Under the pieces are notes generated by a model. That model did no database searches. It was given only the letters and a program-made list of their open reading frames with translations, and was not told the origin of the DNA. A stretch of DNA of 60,541 nt, counting the filler, from Perkinsus olseni (Eukaryota), in the NCBI GenBank assembly GCA_013115125.1. It is 4 parts of 4 records of this genome, joined end to end, with 100 filler letters (N's around TTAATTAATTAA, not from the genome) between each part and the next. Parts side by side here need not be neighbours in the genome. Positions count along the whole stretch, not along the records: positions 1 to 15,103 come from JABANN010000708.1; 3 more parts are not named here. One strand, given 5' to 3'. The position numbers and the translations under genes are program-made. Shown piece by piece: positions 1 through 10,867 of this stretch. How positions within the stretch are numbered: the first letter of the stretch is position 1; each line of letters opens with the position of its first letter.

Positions 1-877
1 CACGACGGCCGAGCTCATTGGAGAAACGCTTTCCATCAGCATCAAGAAGAAGACCACCAACACCACGGAGAGCTTCAGCAGCGAGGAACTTGACCTTGCA
101 GTCGGGGTCCTTGGGGTTAACAAGTCCGGTAGGATGGACCTGCACCCACTCAAGATCGACGGTGTCGGCACCGACGGCCACACCCATCTTGATTCCGTCA
201 CCAGTGCAGTGCTCACCGTTGGTGGTGGAGAGCTTGAGAAGATCGGGGCGGTACTTGGCGAGGAGACCGTCCTTGGAGAAATCGGCACCGAATCCACCAG
301 TAGCGAGAATGACGGGGCCGTAGGCCTTATGGACCTGACCGTCCTTAGTAGTGTACTCGACACCAACGACCTCACCATCCTTGGTGATGAGATCAGTAGC
401 ACGAGCCTTGTTGATGATCTGGCACCTGCTGGGCTGGGCCTTGGAAATAGCCTCAGCCATCTGAATCTGGGCGTAGGTGATGGTCATACCGGGGAAGCGC
501 TCCTTACCACGATGGGTTCGCTCAGCAGAGTGACCACCAAGACGGGCAAGAAGGGACAAATCGAGATCGAAGTTATCCATCAACCAGTTGACCGAGTTAC
601 CGGAATGCTCAACCATAGTCTTGATAAGCTCGGGGCTCTTGGAACCGCCCTTCATGCAATCGGACTCGAAGAGTTCATTGGAATCCTCAACGCCGAGCTT
701 CTTCTGAGTTCTGGTGCAGGAACCATTGATACCAGAGGTAGCCTTTGAGGAGTTACCGCCGCAGAAAGCAGACTTATCAATCAAAAGAACGTTCCCGCCG
801 TTCTCCAATACCGTGTTAGCGGCAGAGAAACCAGCGAGGCCGCCTCCGACGACGATGACCTGGCTGGGGGATGCCAT
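1..877 (-). CDS. Soluble FAD-dependent fumarate reductase (Osm1/Frd1, flavocytochrome c-like); 3' part runs off the window
   Basis: Hand translation from ATG 877: MASPSQVIVVGGGLAGFSAANTVLENGGNVLLIDKSAFCGGNSSKATSGING (FAD-binding GxGxxG, GGNSxKATSGIN), later QVHPTG and FLAAEALRGVGGLLLDADGKRFSNELGRR. Absent from the ORF track because no stop lies in the window. Confidence 0.93.
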   Translation of the reverse strand, partial: MASPSQVIVVGGGLAGFSAANTVLENGGNVLLIDKSAFCGGNSSKATSGINGSCTRTQKKLGVEDSNELFESDCMKGGSKSPELIKTMVEHSGNSVNWLMDNFDLDLSLLARLGGHSAERTHRGKERFPGMTITYAQIQMAEAISKAQPSRCQIINKARATDLITKDGEVVGVEYTTKDGQVHKAYGPVILATGGFGADFSKDGLLAKYRPDLLKLSTTNGEHCTGDGIKMGVAVGADTVDLEWVQVHPTGLVNPKDPDCKVKFLAAEALRGVGGLLLDADGKRFSNELGRR

Positions 878-1811
878 GGTGTTGTAGAAGTTCAATCGAA
901 CTAAAATCAAGTCATTAGCCTTACGTTACATGATACGTTATTCCACAACAAGCTTCGCATCACGTTCGACAGAAACAGTTCACGCGTCCACTATGTCAGA
1001 GAGGGCAGAAATGATGCGAACAGCCGGCCAACAGCTATGGAAGAACAGTTCACAGCGAGGCGAGGGAGAGGAGACACCGAACACAAAGCTTGAGCAAGCT
1101 ACGAAAATCACACAGAAAATCCTCATACCGCGTGTCGAACCCTCCTCCCCCACCCAATGACCTTCCGCGAGCTTGCTTTGAGTTACTTCTGCCGTACGCT
1201 TCGGCTCGCACCGTGCGGTTCCCACGGGCTCACGTCAGCCACATTAACGACACAACACCACTCCTTGCGTAGACCGCAGCCCACTCGATCAACGATTTCG
1301 ACGGTAGATCCAGTCGTCATATTTAAACAGAGAGGCAGGGCTCTCATACACAGGAACAACCACCTATCGTCAACATCTATGTCACGAGCAACACACACAT
1401 TGCGGAAACACCATCGGGCAACTCATCACGTGGCGCACGCCCACACAACAACAATCGATTCGACATCGGCGATCGATGATGAAGAGTAAAGTGTGAGTGA
1501 ATGCTAAGCTTAGGAGGTATCTTGTAGAGACGATGCACACCACGTTGTGTTCACTGCTGTCACAGCATTGTGCCGGCAAGCTACATCGGTAGATGGGTAG
1601 TAGGCGGTGTGAGCTTCGAGAAGGGACCGCTGAAGGGGCGGTTGACGCATGTGGCTCCTGAAATTAAAGAAAACGTTGTCTTCAATATAGCTTTAGACTC
1701 ACCGCTTCACTTGTCACTCCTTACATTGAGAATAGAAGAAGCCATCTGAAATCAATGAAGGTCACTTGGTTGATCGATTTCGTGATCCCGTGCTCCTAGT
1801 TGACCTATTTT

Positions 1812-1973
1812 GTATCTTGCACGCTTCAACCTAAGATACCACCGGGGGTATCTTGCATGGCGCAACCTAAGATACTGCGAGGTCTTTTTTGCGTGGTTCA
1901 ACCCAAGATACGGCTGGGTGTATTTTGCACACTTCGACCTAAAGTGTATCTTGCATGCTTCAACCTAAGATAC
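1812..1973. repeat. Array of five 28-bp palindromic units (GTATCTT-N14-AAGATAC) at 36-bp period
   Basis: Units start at 1812, 1848, 1884, 1920 (truncated) and 1946, with 8-bp variable linkers. Confidence 0.85.
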
Positions 1974-2332
1974 TGCCGACGCGGCGAATCCCTCTTCATG
2001 AAGGTGCGCGAAATCGGGAAGCGAAACGTTTGATCGGTGGGGATCCTCTTGGCCTTTGTTTGACGGCTTTGTAGTGCACTATTGAACTGCAGCCGAGACA
2101 AGTGTGTGACACTGGTGGTGAACAGCTTAAGCTTAAACTCGATCATGAAAGAGAAAGCCAGCAGTCGATAATGCCAATAGCTGAGTATATCATTAGATGA
2201 GAATCTTCGCGTTGCGCGCGACAGTTAGATTCTGTTGGTCGCGCACCGGTCGTTACCGTTGAGTAATCTCAGCCACGAGATTGTAAGTGGTGTGGCAGGC
2301 GATCGTGCAGGGGGCAATCTATACCTCGGACT

Positions 2333-3658
2333 ATGCGAATTCTTCGTGAGATTAGGGCACACCCAGTGGAGATGCGTTCCTATTTCCTGAGAAATTCTCT
2401 TTCAGTTGCTTTAATGTCGCCCAGTGCGGCCTCCAGCCGATGCCAGTATGCCCTGCTCGTCCTCGTCTCCGGAGGCCTAGAAGAGCTCGCGGTCCACTAT
2501 ATCCGACAAATGGATATCAAGATGGAAGTTGAAATTCTTTGGGCATTAACACAAGGCAAGGCCTGTGGTGGCGCCGCTTCCATGGGTAAGATACTAGTCA
2601 AGGTCTCCACTCTTGAGGACGTCCGACGCTTCACTCGGGAGTGCCGAGTGGCCCAGACCATTCTAGCTCTACTCACCTACAACCTCGACGTTGCCGATAT
2701 ATCCCCTAAAAAAATTGAAGAGATCATGTACAGGCAGTCCGAGTGGAGCGCTGCAGAGGAGATCGTCGGCATCGATGCCGAGAGCGTCCACACTTTTCGA
2801 GCTTCCTGCGTGAGAGATGGTCACCACGACTTCAAGTCCTACGATGTCATGCGGACCATGGGCCACGCTGTGCTCATGAGGCACCCGACTTGGACCGTCA
2901 GCCTCGGGTACTCTGAGGTGGAGTTCGTCGGTATCGTCTTTGACCGCTGCGTTTTCATCGGAATCGCCGTGGGTAAGCCACAGCGGGGCAGCCTTGCGCG
3001 ACCCGAGAAGGCTGACTTCAATGTCGTGCCGTACTGTGATTACATGAGTCGAGATCTCCAGCTTGGATCGGTCCCCCACTGCACGAAAATGCGGCCGTCG
3101 GTAGCACTCCTTCTTCTACTCTTCGCAACGGATGGCCTACCCATGCACGGCACCATGCTCGACATAATGGGTGGACTCGGGACCATTCCAATCGAGGCCG
3201 CTACTAACTTCACCAACGTCCATGCCCTCTCGGGTGATATCAACAGAGCCACCACCTCCCAAGCCATCAAAAACTGTCAGCTCGCCCGACCGCACTTGGC
3301 CGAGGGAAGCAGCGTCCATGCTCGAGACTGGGATGCTGCCCAGCTCGACACGTTAGTGGATAAAGACAGTGTTGACTGGATCGTTACGGACATGCCGTTC
3401 GGGAACCGTACTGAGCTCAAGAAGGCCGACATGGCTCGCGTACTTCGCGCCGTGAGTGTGGTACTGAAGCCCGAGACTGGTCGCTGTGTACTGCTTAGTA
3501 AAGGCTACAAACGACTCGACACTGCGGCGGCTGGAGTGGACGGTCTTTGTCTCTTGGAGAGGCGCATGGTCATCATTGGAGGTTTCGTCTGCTACTTATC
3601 GAAGTACTCAAGGCCGGCCGAGGAGTCGACCGCTGCGGGTGATAGTGATACCGTGTAA
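2333..3658 (+). CDS. THUMP-domain RNA guanine-N2 methyltransferase (THUMPD2/3, Trm14/UPF0020-like), intronless
   Basis: THUMP-like TFRASCVRDGHHDFKSYDVMRTMGHAV...WTVSL. SAM motif MLDIMGGLGTIPIEAA, ALSGDIN and amino-methylase motif IVTDMPFG. The true start may be MSPSAASS near 2414. Confidence 0.85.
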   Translation: MRILREIRAHPVEMRSYFLRNSLSVALMSPSAASSRCQYALLVLVSGGLEELAVHYIRQMDIKMEVEILWALTQGKACGGAASMGKILVKVSTLEDVRRFTRECRVAQTILALLTYNLDVADISPKKIEEIMYRQSEWSAAEEIVGIDAESVHTFRASCVRDGHHDFKSYDVMRTMGHAVLMRHPTWTVSLGYSEVEFVGIVFDRCVFIGIAVGKPQRGSLARPEKADFNVVPYCDYMSRDLQLGSVPHCTKMRPSVALLLLLFATDGLPMHGTMLDIMGGLGTIPIEAATNFTNVHALSGDINRATTSQAIKNCQLARPHLAEGSSVHARDWDAAQLDTLVDKDSVDWIVTDMPFGNRTELKKADMARVLRAVSVVLKPETGRCVLLSKGYKRLDTAAAGVDGLCLLERRMVIIGGFVCYLSKYSRPAEESTAAGDSDTV

Positions 3659-4300
3659 TGAATATGGTCTCTGCATATCTCTCATCGTCATTCTCTCGTT
3701 CCTTCACGTTGATGGACTATTCTCTGATAAAACGTACTGCTTTGGTTGACAGTGCCGACCCGACTTTCCCATTACGCGACACGCAGAGGCGAGGTTGTAA
3801 TTGTTAACCATTAGCCAACTCACGTCAATGGTTGCACAACTAATACCCGCTGTTGCGACTAGAGGGAATTGACCCTGCACGAGATGTTCGAGATGGGTTG
3901 TTGCGGATATAAACAATAGCACGGTCGAGAGTGAATGTTGTTTCCGACGTAAAAGTTGAGTAATTCTCTCTTTGAAGCTCTAGTGTGCTTGACGAGTGTC
4001 AGCAGCCGCAACCTAGATACGGGACTAATCTCAGTGCTGGCCCTGTGTAATAGTGTAACCCCCCGACAGCGTCTTACACGACTGAAAAACGCAACAACGT
4101 CTTCGACCGAAATATTTTGGGTTGGTTATGATGAGAAAAGAGAAAGCAGTCGATCGATTAACATGACAGTTTGTAAAGTAGTCGAACGCGATAAGAGTTT
4201 AGTAACGGGAGCGATAGAATCGATACAGAAGTAGACAAATCATCTTACAGTATTAGTTCAAGGATTTCAACAGTGGTTCAACCTTCCACCAGAGAAAAAA

Positions 4301-6007
4301 TTACACGAGGCTTGCAGCACACTCATCAGCGATTACTTTCATCAACCGCTGGCACTCATCTCTAGCCATCTCACTGGTCTCATCCTTGATAACAATCACA
4401 GCTAGCCAGGTAGGCATGCCCTCCTCGGGGCCAACAACGTGCTCCCCAGGCTTCACCAATGGCTCCAATTGCAACACATGGGACGACTCCTCATGACGCT
4501 CGATAAAATCGAGATCCTTAATCACACCTGACCGCTCATTAAGAGCAAAGCCGTAGGCAACAGCACAGTTGCCTTCATGTGGCTGCGGTCTCGAAGGGAT
4601 ACCGCACGCTAAAAATAGCTGTTCAACGACAAGGTCTACACCCTCAACCTGTTGATGAATCATACGCACCGGTCCCCCGCCCATTCTCGAGTTGATCTCG
4701 ATCAGCCTGGGACCACGTCTCGTGTATTTTCCCTCAACATGGAAGAGGCCCTTAGAGAATCCAACCGACACAAGCGCGTCAATGGCCATGTCCTGGAGTT
4801 CCTCAGCCTTCCTCTCAGGCAGCAGCGACGGCAATACTGCCCAGCTCTCGTTAAAGTAAGGCTCAACAGTAGGGCCGTTGTCGCTAACCGAGCAGAACCG
4901 GCACTTTCCATCATCCATAATCACATCAACGTCAACCTCGTCACCATCAAGGTACTCCTCAAGGACCATATCAAGGCTGATAACTTCGTTGGCGTTCACA
5001 CCCTCGGAGGCCTCATCATCACTAGCGTTGTCGTTCTCCGCCACTTGCTCCAGCGCGCCAGAGGAAACACGAAGGCCCAGCAGGAGAGCCGAAAGCTCAT
5101 GATAAGTAGCGTCCAAATCAGCGGCCGATTCCACCTTCTTCACGCCCAAGGATGCCGCGCCAGAGATCGGTTTCAAAACCGCCGGGAAACCAACGAACTC
5201 AGCTGCCTTCTCGAGCTGCAACTCGTTCTTGATCAGGTAGTTGCGCACAACAGGCATACCATAGGCCTTCATAGCATCACGAGTGGCGTACTTGTTCCGA
5301 GTCTTGTCCACTGCGCTCGGCGGCAGGCAAGGCAAACCCAATGCCTCGCCCAACCTCGAAGCCATAGGCACCGCGAGATCAGCAAAGGTGCAGATCCCCT
5401 CACACTCGCCAACCAGTGGATCGTCCTTGAGGGCCTTGATAGCAGCAACAGACCGCTCAAAGATCTCCTCAGGAGCCTGGTTCATGTCGAGGCCGATGAA
5501 CTTAGCGATAACTCCCTCGTCCACCAGCTGCTTCGACCAGGAGTCAGCACTGTCAATAATAACCGACTTCACACCCAGCTCGGCAGCCCTCTGATAGATG
5601 AACTTCTTACCAGGGTAACCAGCACAGAAGAAGACAACAGTAGCGCCTCTCAGCAGCCTCTGTCTTAAATCCTGGCCTTCCGGCGTCTCCATCTCAACCA
5701 GGTCGGACGGGATCTTCGACAGCATCTCATATGTCGCCGTCGGGGCCAAGGACTGAGCAAGCTTAGCACGCTCTTCAGAAGTCATACTGCCAGGCAACTT
5801 GTTGGTCTGGAAGAATTGGCCAGCAAGGAAGGGGTTGTCGAGGCCCACACCTCTATCAGGGTCAGTAGACGCGCCGTCCAGGGTGAAATCGTTCAACTCG
5901 TGAGTACTTGGATACGCAGTAAGCGGTCGAGCGTGAGGCGACTCCCAAGTGCCCGCGCGAGGTCGATTGGCGGCGATCTTCTGAGCCTCTTCGAACTCGG
6001 TCTTCAT
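4301..6007 (-). CDS. ATP-grasp amino-acid/peptide ligase (carnosine synthase/L-amino-acid ligase-like), intronless
   Basis: Motifs RNKYATRDAM, VGFPAVLKPISGAASLGVKKV, VLEEYLDGDEVDVD, GLFHVEGK and LIEINSRMGGG. The ORF is open to 6223; ATG 6007 (MKTEF) chosen as likely start. Confidence 0.85.
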   Translation of the reverse strand: MKTEFEEAQKIAANRPRAGTWESPHARPLTAYPSTHELNDFTLDGASTDPDRGVGLDNPFLAGQFFQTNKLPGSMTSEERAKLAQSLAPTATYEMLSKIPSDLVEMETPEGQDLRQRLLRGATVVFFCAGYPGKKFIYQRAAELGVKSVIIDSADSWSKQLVDEGVIAKFIGLDMNQAPEEIFERSVAAIKALKDDPLVGECEGICTFADLAVPMASRLGEALGLPCLPPSAVDKTRNKYATRDAMKAYGMPVVRNYLIKNELQLEKAAEFVGFPAVLKPISGAASLGVKKVESAADLDATYHELSALLLGLRVSSGALEQVAENDNASDDEASEGVNANEVISLDMVLEEYLDGDEVDVDVIMDDGKCRFCSVSDNGPTVEPYFNESWAVLPSLLPERKAEELQDMAIDALVSVGFSKGLFHVEGKYTRRGPRLIEINSRMGGGPVRMIHQQVEGVDLVVEQLFLACGIPSRPQPHEGNCAVAYGFALNERSGVIKDLDFIERHEESSHVLQLEPLVKPGEHVVGPEEGMPTWLAVIVIKDETSEMARDECQRLMKVIADECAASLV

Positions 6008-6722
6008 CAAAGCAAACAAAAAAACTGATAGAAAAAACTCATCCAGCACGCCCAGAAATGGGGTGGTACGGCAACTGCTATAAAGTAGCATATCTACAAC
6101 ACAAGACATAGACAGGAGAGACAACGCGAAAATCTTGAAACCTTGAAATTCCTCAAAAAAATCATAACCTAGATCGTCCAACAACCCACGCTGTAGTATC
6201 GTGAAGAGCTTCCATTCTGACACCTCTAGCTTCGTTCCAGACTTCGTGACGACCTTTCGAGTACAGCAACTGCTTTACTTGCAGACCACACACTTCCGCC
6301 AGGCTCGCCGCACACTGATAACGATGACCGAATCCGATACCACTCCAAGCGCTACCCTCGCGTGCGATAGAATAAAGGTGGTAGGAACTAGTGCCTAGCT
6401 GGTACTCGGCAAGGAGTAAACCACTACTGCTCTACAAAGACCATCGCGACGGACCGAAATCAATACCCTACCGCAGACGCTCATTGCCTCAGCTCATTTA
6501 TGAACATTTACGATCAGCCACTATCAAGACCTAGGAAGCAACTAATAAAAGGTAATCGTAGAGATGATACTCGACAATTATCACTGATGATAGAGCGACT
6601 CATGATACCCTTTCCTATTGCGCCCTAACATGGAGGGTCGAGCATTTTAGCCTAGCTCGCAGCTGAGTTGACAGCAACCCACAACTGATAGAAAAATTGA
6701 ATAATACAATGCCTTCCTCACA

Positions 6723-9145
6723 TCAGTACCGGCTACAAGGAACTCCTCGCGCTCTCTCAATGAGCAAGGATATAGCGTAATTATATTTTTTCCGACCCCG
6801 CTTTGAATACCATCTCTTCACCTGATCGACTCCCTTCCCTCGTTCAGTGCACATATCATCAGCGCCTCCCATAACCAGGACCTTCACCAAGTCCCTGCTA
6901 GCCGGCTTCGGACCGAAGACGGCGCGGCAGTCTGTGAGTTTCGAAAGATTCGACAGCAGGGAAGACCAGAAATCAATAGATACGTCATGACCACATAGGG
7001 GATCCTCAGTGTATCTAGCGTTAAGGAAATGCAAGATGTCCAAGATGTGTAAGATTCACCTCCGCACGGTGTCCTCATCGGTTGACAACCACGAATGCTG
7101 CGGCAAATTGGGGTCCTTAACGAGGGCTCGAATTTGGGAGTCGTAACCGCCGAAAATTATTTTCGAGGCGAGTGACGGTCCGAAGTTAGTCGGTCTGACT
7201 AGCCACAACAGGCATTGGTATCTACAGCGTCGACACGTAAAGCAGTACCACACTTCCACCAACTCACACAGCATTGAGGAGCCGTCCGGGAGCTGCTGGC
7301 GGGCCCGACAGAAGCACTCCACTGGGGTTACGAATGTCCTGCAAACGAGCCAGGATCTCCCGTAATATTGCCGCCGACGAAAGCCAGTACGACAGGTATG
7401 TCACCACTCTATTACGAGAGGTCAAAAGAATCAGAGTTAACGGATGCCAGGCTGAGCCCGGAGAGAAAACCGGTGAAACGTGAAATAGAGAAAGAAAGCA
7501 AACATACAAGTGCTGATCCACAACTTGACAACCACTAATTACTGTCGACGGACAAAACGGGACTATGCGAATGGAGTAGATTTCCGGAAGGTGTGGTATT
7601 CCCTCCCAGATTTTCTCGGCACGAAATCACCCAACCTTATTACCGAAAGCTGCATGAGCCTCGCCAAGGCCAGGCGTACAACCACCGAGCCCATGCTGTG
7701 GCTGAGGAGGACGTAATTCATACCCGTATGGGGCAGCTTATCCATCACCAAACATACAACATCATCAGCCATCACCGACATCGGGTCCGCTCCTTCCTCA
7801 CAGGGGACTGAGAAAAATCTATTCTACCCGGCATGCGCTGTAACGCCAGTCACACGCACAATGTTCAATCATGCGCAACAATAATTAATCGGTTGGTGGT
7901 CTACATTATAACGCTGTCATAGTGTGTTTTAGTGGGAAGATTCTCAGTCTTAAGAGTATCTTTTTCTATGGGTAAGGTCGAGATGAGTCGTAAATAATCC
8001 TCGAAAGCCCCGACAGGTGATATTGATGAGAAAATGACACTGTTGTGCGTTAACCACACCGCCAATTACCAACGCTAAATTATGGGGTGGGGGAGTTGAG
8101 GCCGACCTCCAATCGACAGTGCAGATGGGGAGCGCTAGGCAGGAGTTTCTCCTCCCCGCTTTTGCATTCGCGACACAAGCCCCCCCTTTCCGAGCTCAAG
8201 CGGGCCAGACACCTCGCTGTTATATAAATGCTCAACCGACGCCACCATCACGTGTTCTTGTTGGCGTGTGAAGACTACCGCTAACCATCGCAATAGTAGT
8301 ATGCTGAATGATGATCTAACTCCAATCCCACCTATCGATATTAGTGATCAAAAAACAACAAACCATGATGTACTACTACCTCTCCCCAGCGCGCTCAGCC
8401 TCCCTCCAGGGCCCACAGCAGTCTGCCCATGTCCACGCTGGTCATGACAGTAGACCACCGAGCCAGGCGGGAGTGCGGTAAGCAAGTTCGATGCCAGTTC
8501 ATGATATCTTTGCGAGTGCTCGCCCATACCGTGAACCTGACGAGTAGTAAGATACGCTAGCACGATAGTCCTCGTAAAGAAAAAGTAGAGCGACCATTTA
8601 CAGTGGGGCATCACACACGCCGTCCCTTTCTCTGAGTAACAGCATTTGCAAGTGTCCCTAGAGGTCTTTGCATCTCTACAAGATTCCATGCCCCACGTGA
8701 CGTGGCCCACGTCTGTAGCATGCCACGAAAGCGGCTCCTCTCACACCATCACAGAGAATTCATCCGAATGCTCACGGGGAAGCTTTTTCAAGGGTGTAGT
8801 TCAGCGCCCACTGAGACCACCGGATCGGCCGTGTCACCCTAACACAATCCACAGAATAGACTACTGTGGGGAGGGACGCGGAACCCCAGGGCCTCACTCT
8901 CATCACTGAGATTCTCTCACCAGAAAAACAGCCATCGCATCGCCTCCACCCGACGGAACCGAACACTCAGTAGTCCATCTTCTCAAAAACAGCTCGCAGC
9001 CGTCAGAGCCTTTGAAAACACTAGTATCATGAGTAACGCCGCCCTGACACCGGAAGCAAGGAGTCATCACCCTTTCCCTAAAACGACTTAGGGCGCCATA
9101 TCGTTTTACGCTCCCTGATGAACCACAGCCCACAGGGAGAATCAA
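6723..9145 (-). CDS. Alpha/beta hydrolase (monoglyceride lipase/lysophospholipase, Hydrolase_4), multi-exon; ends approximate
   Basis: Spliced FKGSDGCELFLRRW...AVFL|VHGMGEHSQRY...YCHDQRGHGQT...|...YVLLSHSMGS (nucleophile elbow), then WLSTDEDTVR, YTEDPLCG and VLVMGGADD. Introns 8537-8920 and 7808-8379 restore the frame. Confidence 0.8.
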
Positions 9146-10054
9146 TCATGGACCGCTGGGAGTGTTCATCACAGAGGCCGCTACTGATTTGCACGACTCT
9201 ACCCGTTCTATTGAGGAGAGACAATGCCCACCCGTTGGCCGTACCTGTTGGGGCGATTTAGAAGTATCTTCCATCTCGACCTTACCCATGAGATAAAGAT
9301 ACTTTAAAAACTGTAAATCCTCACCATAAAACAGCACCATGACCCCATTAACAAAGGCAAGACTAAATACAGATCGATAAGGACAAGCTTAAGCTCATGC
9401 GATGAGTGGGTATAAGGATCTCACACCCTGCTGCTGTCGTGATCTACGACTCTGAGTCTCCAACGGTCTGCCACAGCTATGAGCAACCTTGAAAGAGGGA
9501 CAACAAACTGATGAAACCGATGAGTATATATTCTCTAACTCAGAGTGAATCATTGAGACTCCCAGAACTATCGTAGATAGTGGCTAGCAGCCTCGTTCCG
9601 AGTGTTTGAAGCCACGTTCCGAGAAGGAGAACAACTGACTAACCCCAAAACTCCCAAAGTTCTCAACCCTTCACCGGTTTCCCAACCGAGGCCGAGTCAA
9701 CTCAACTGCCGTCCCGAGTGCTTGGTGCTACGGTCTAATGGCCCCACGCGATTCGAGAACATTCCTCAGTCTATTCATAGTCGCTCGCACACCACGGTTG
9801 GTGTATTCGATCACGAAACTTTCCCGGAGTGAGTACATTCCAGGCGTTATAGAGTTCCTGAGGCCTACCGCCTTATATCCAGCCCAAAAGACAGTGGATT
9901 CGGCCAACAACCGATCAACGCCCGTATGCTCTTACTACGCCACCACTATCGCGTACATCAGGACGATGGACTCACATCGATCGTGCGTTTCCTTGGACTC
10001 CCCCAAGCCACTGTTACACCCCATGGGTGGTCTCTTGGATCCAGACCATCATGA

Positions 10055-10121
10055 CAGCACCGGGGATTGAACCTGCGACCTCACGATGGAAACACTCCAT
10101 CCAACGACCCTAGACGTGCTA
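10055..10121 (-). other. Degenerate tRNA-like sequence (tRNA pseudogene or SINE head)
   Basis: Minus strand: TAGCAC...GTGCTG acceptor-like stem, GATGG/CCATC stem with 7-nt loop, B-box-like GAGGTCGCAGGTTCAATCCC. T-stem and D-arm are imperfect. Confidence 0.4.
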
Positions 10122-10809
10122 TTAAGGATTACACAGCGGTGATTTTGCTGAAAGTCGGGGTGCTCGCTAGGGCGTCTCATTTTGGTTGTGCAAGTGCACC
10201 ACTACGGAACCTTGGCCCAGTTCGACTCTAGTCAATGACTGCATCAGTGTTATACAAAAGAAATTTTGAATTCCACTCAACAATTGAAGTTCCTAATGCA
10301 ACACCCACCGGCCTCTCTCGGCCACACTATGCCCAGGATCTTCCCCAACAGGTTCACTGGCGAGCAACAGGACAAGAGACCAACAATACAGAGATCGTAA
10401 TCAAACCGGAAAAGATGCTACTATAATATGTGAGAATTCATCCAACGGAAACCCCCAGAAACCACGAGTCGGCCTCCCCCAATAATACACCATGCCAATG
10501 GTGGGATTGCTCTCCGTTCGCTTCGCCACTATCATCTCCGACTTCACCGCCATCAGGCTCTTCATCGCCTTGGAAGGCTGCACCACGTTCATGACCCTTC
10601 GTACCTTACAGAGATACTCTGCAATCGTCAACAGAGGCACTTGCATGCCGTGTGAAACGTATCTTCAATTTCGATACTCGTGATTTCTCAATTTTCCCTG
10701 CCTTAACGACTTTTGCCCGATTTTTATAATTCTTATAAAGTCCTTACTCCTCGAATTCATTTTCATATTTTAATATATCCTTCCATCACTTCGCACAACC
10801 CTCATAGAT

Positions 10810-10867
10810 TGCGAAGAGGACGGAAAGACAAGAACCCTACTGAAGTGCGAAGAGGACGGAAAGACAA
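10810..10867. repeat. 22-bp direct repeat, two copies 36 bp apart
   Basis: TGCGAAGAGGACGGAAAGACAA at 10810 and 10846. Confidence 0.8.

Noticed and set aside
134-748. 204-aa plus-strand ORF (and 4652-5668, 338 aa)
   Set aside because: Antisense shadows of the fumarate reductase and ATP-grasp genes.
1089-1104. Possible spliced-leader relic TCGTAGCTTGCTCAAG upstream of fumarate reductase
   Set aside because: Needs about 5 deleted bases to match the perkinsid/dinoflagellate leader as I recall it; too short to distinguish from chance.
1812-1973. CRISPR array
   Set aside because: 8-bp linkers, degenerate repeats, eukaryotic context and no cas genes.
9395-9560. C/D snoRNA or hammerhead-like motifs (GCGATGA...CTGA; CTGATGA)
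   Set aside because: No convincing terminal stems or hammerhead helices could be built.
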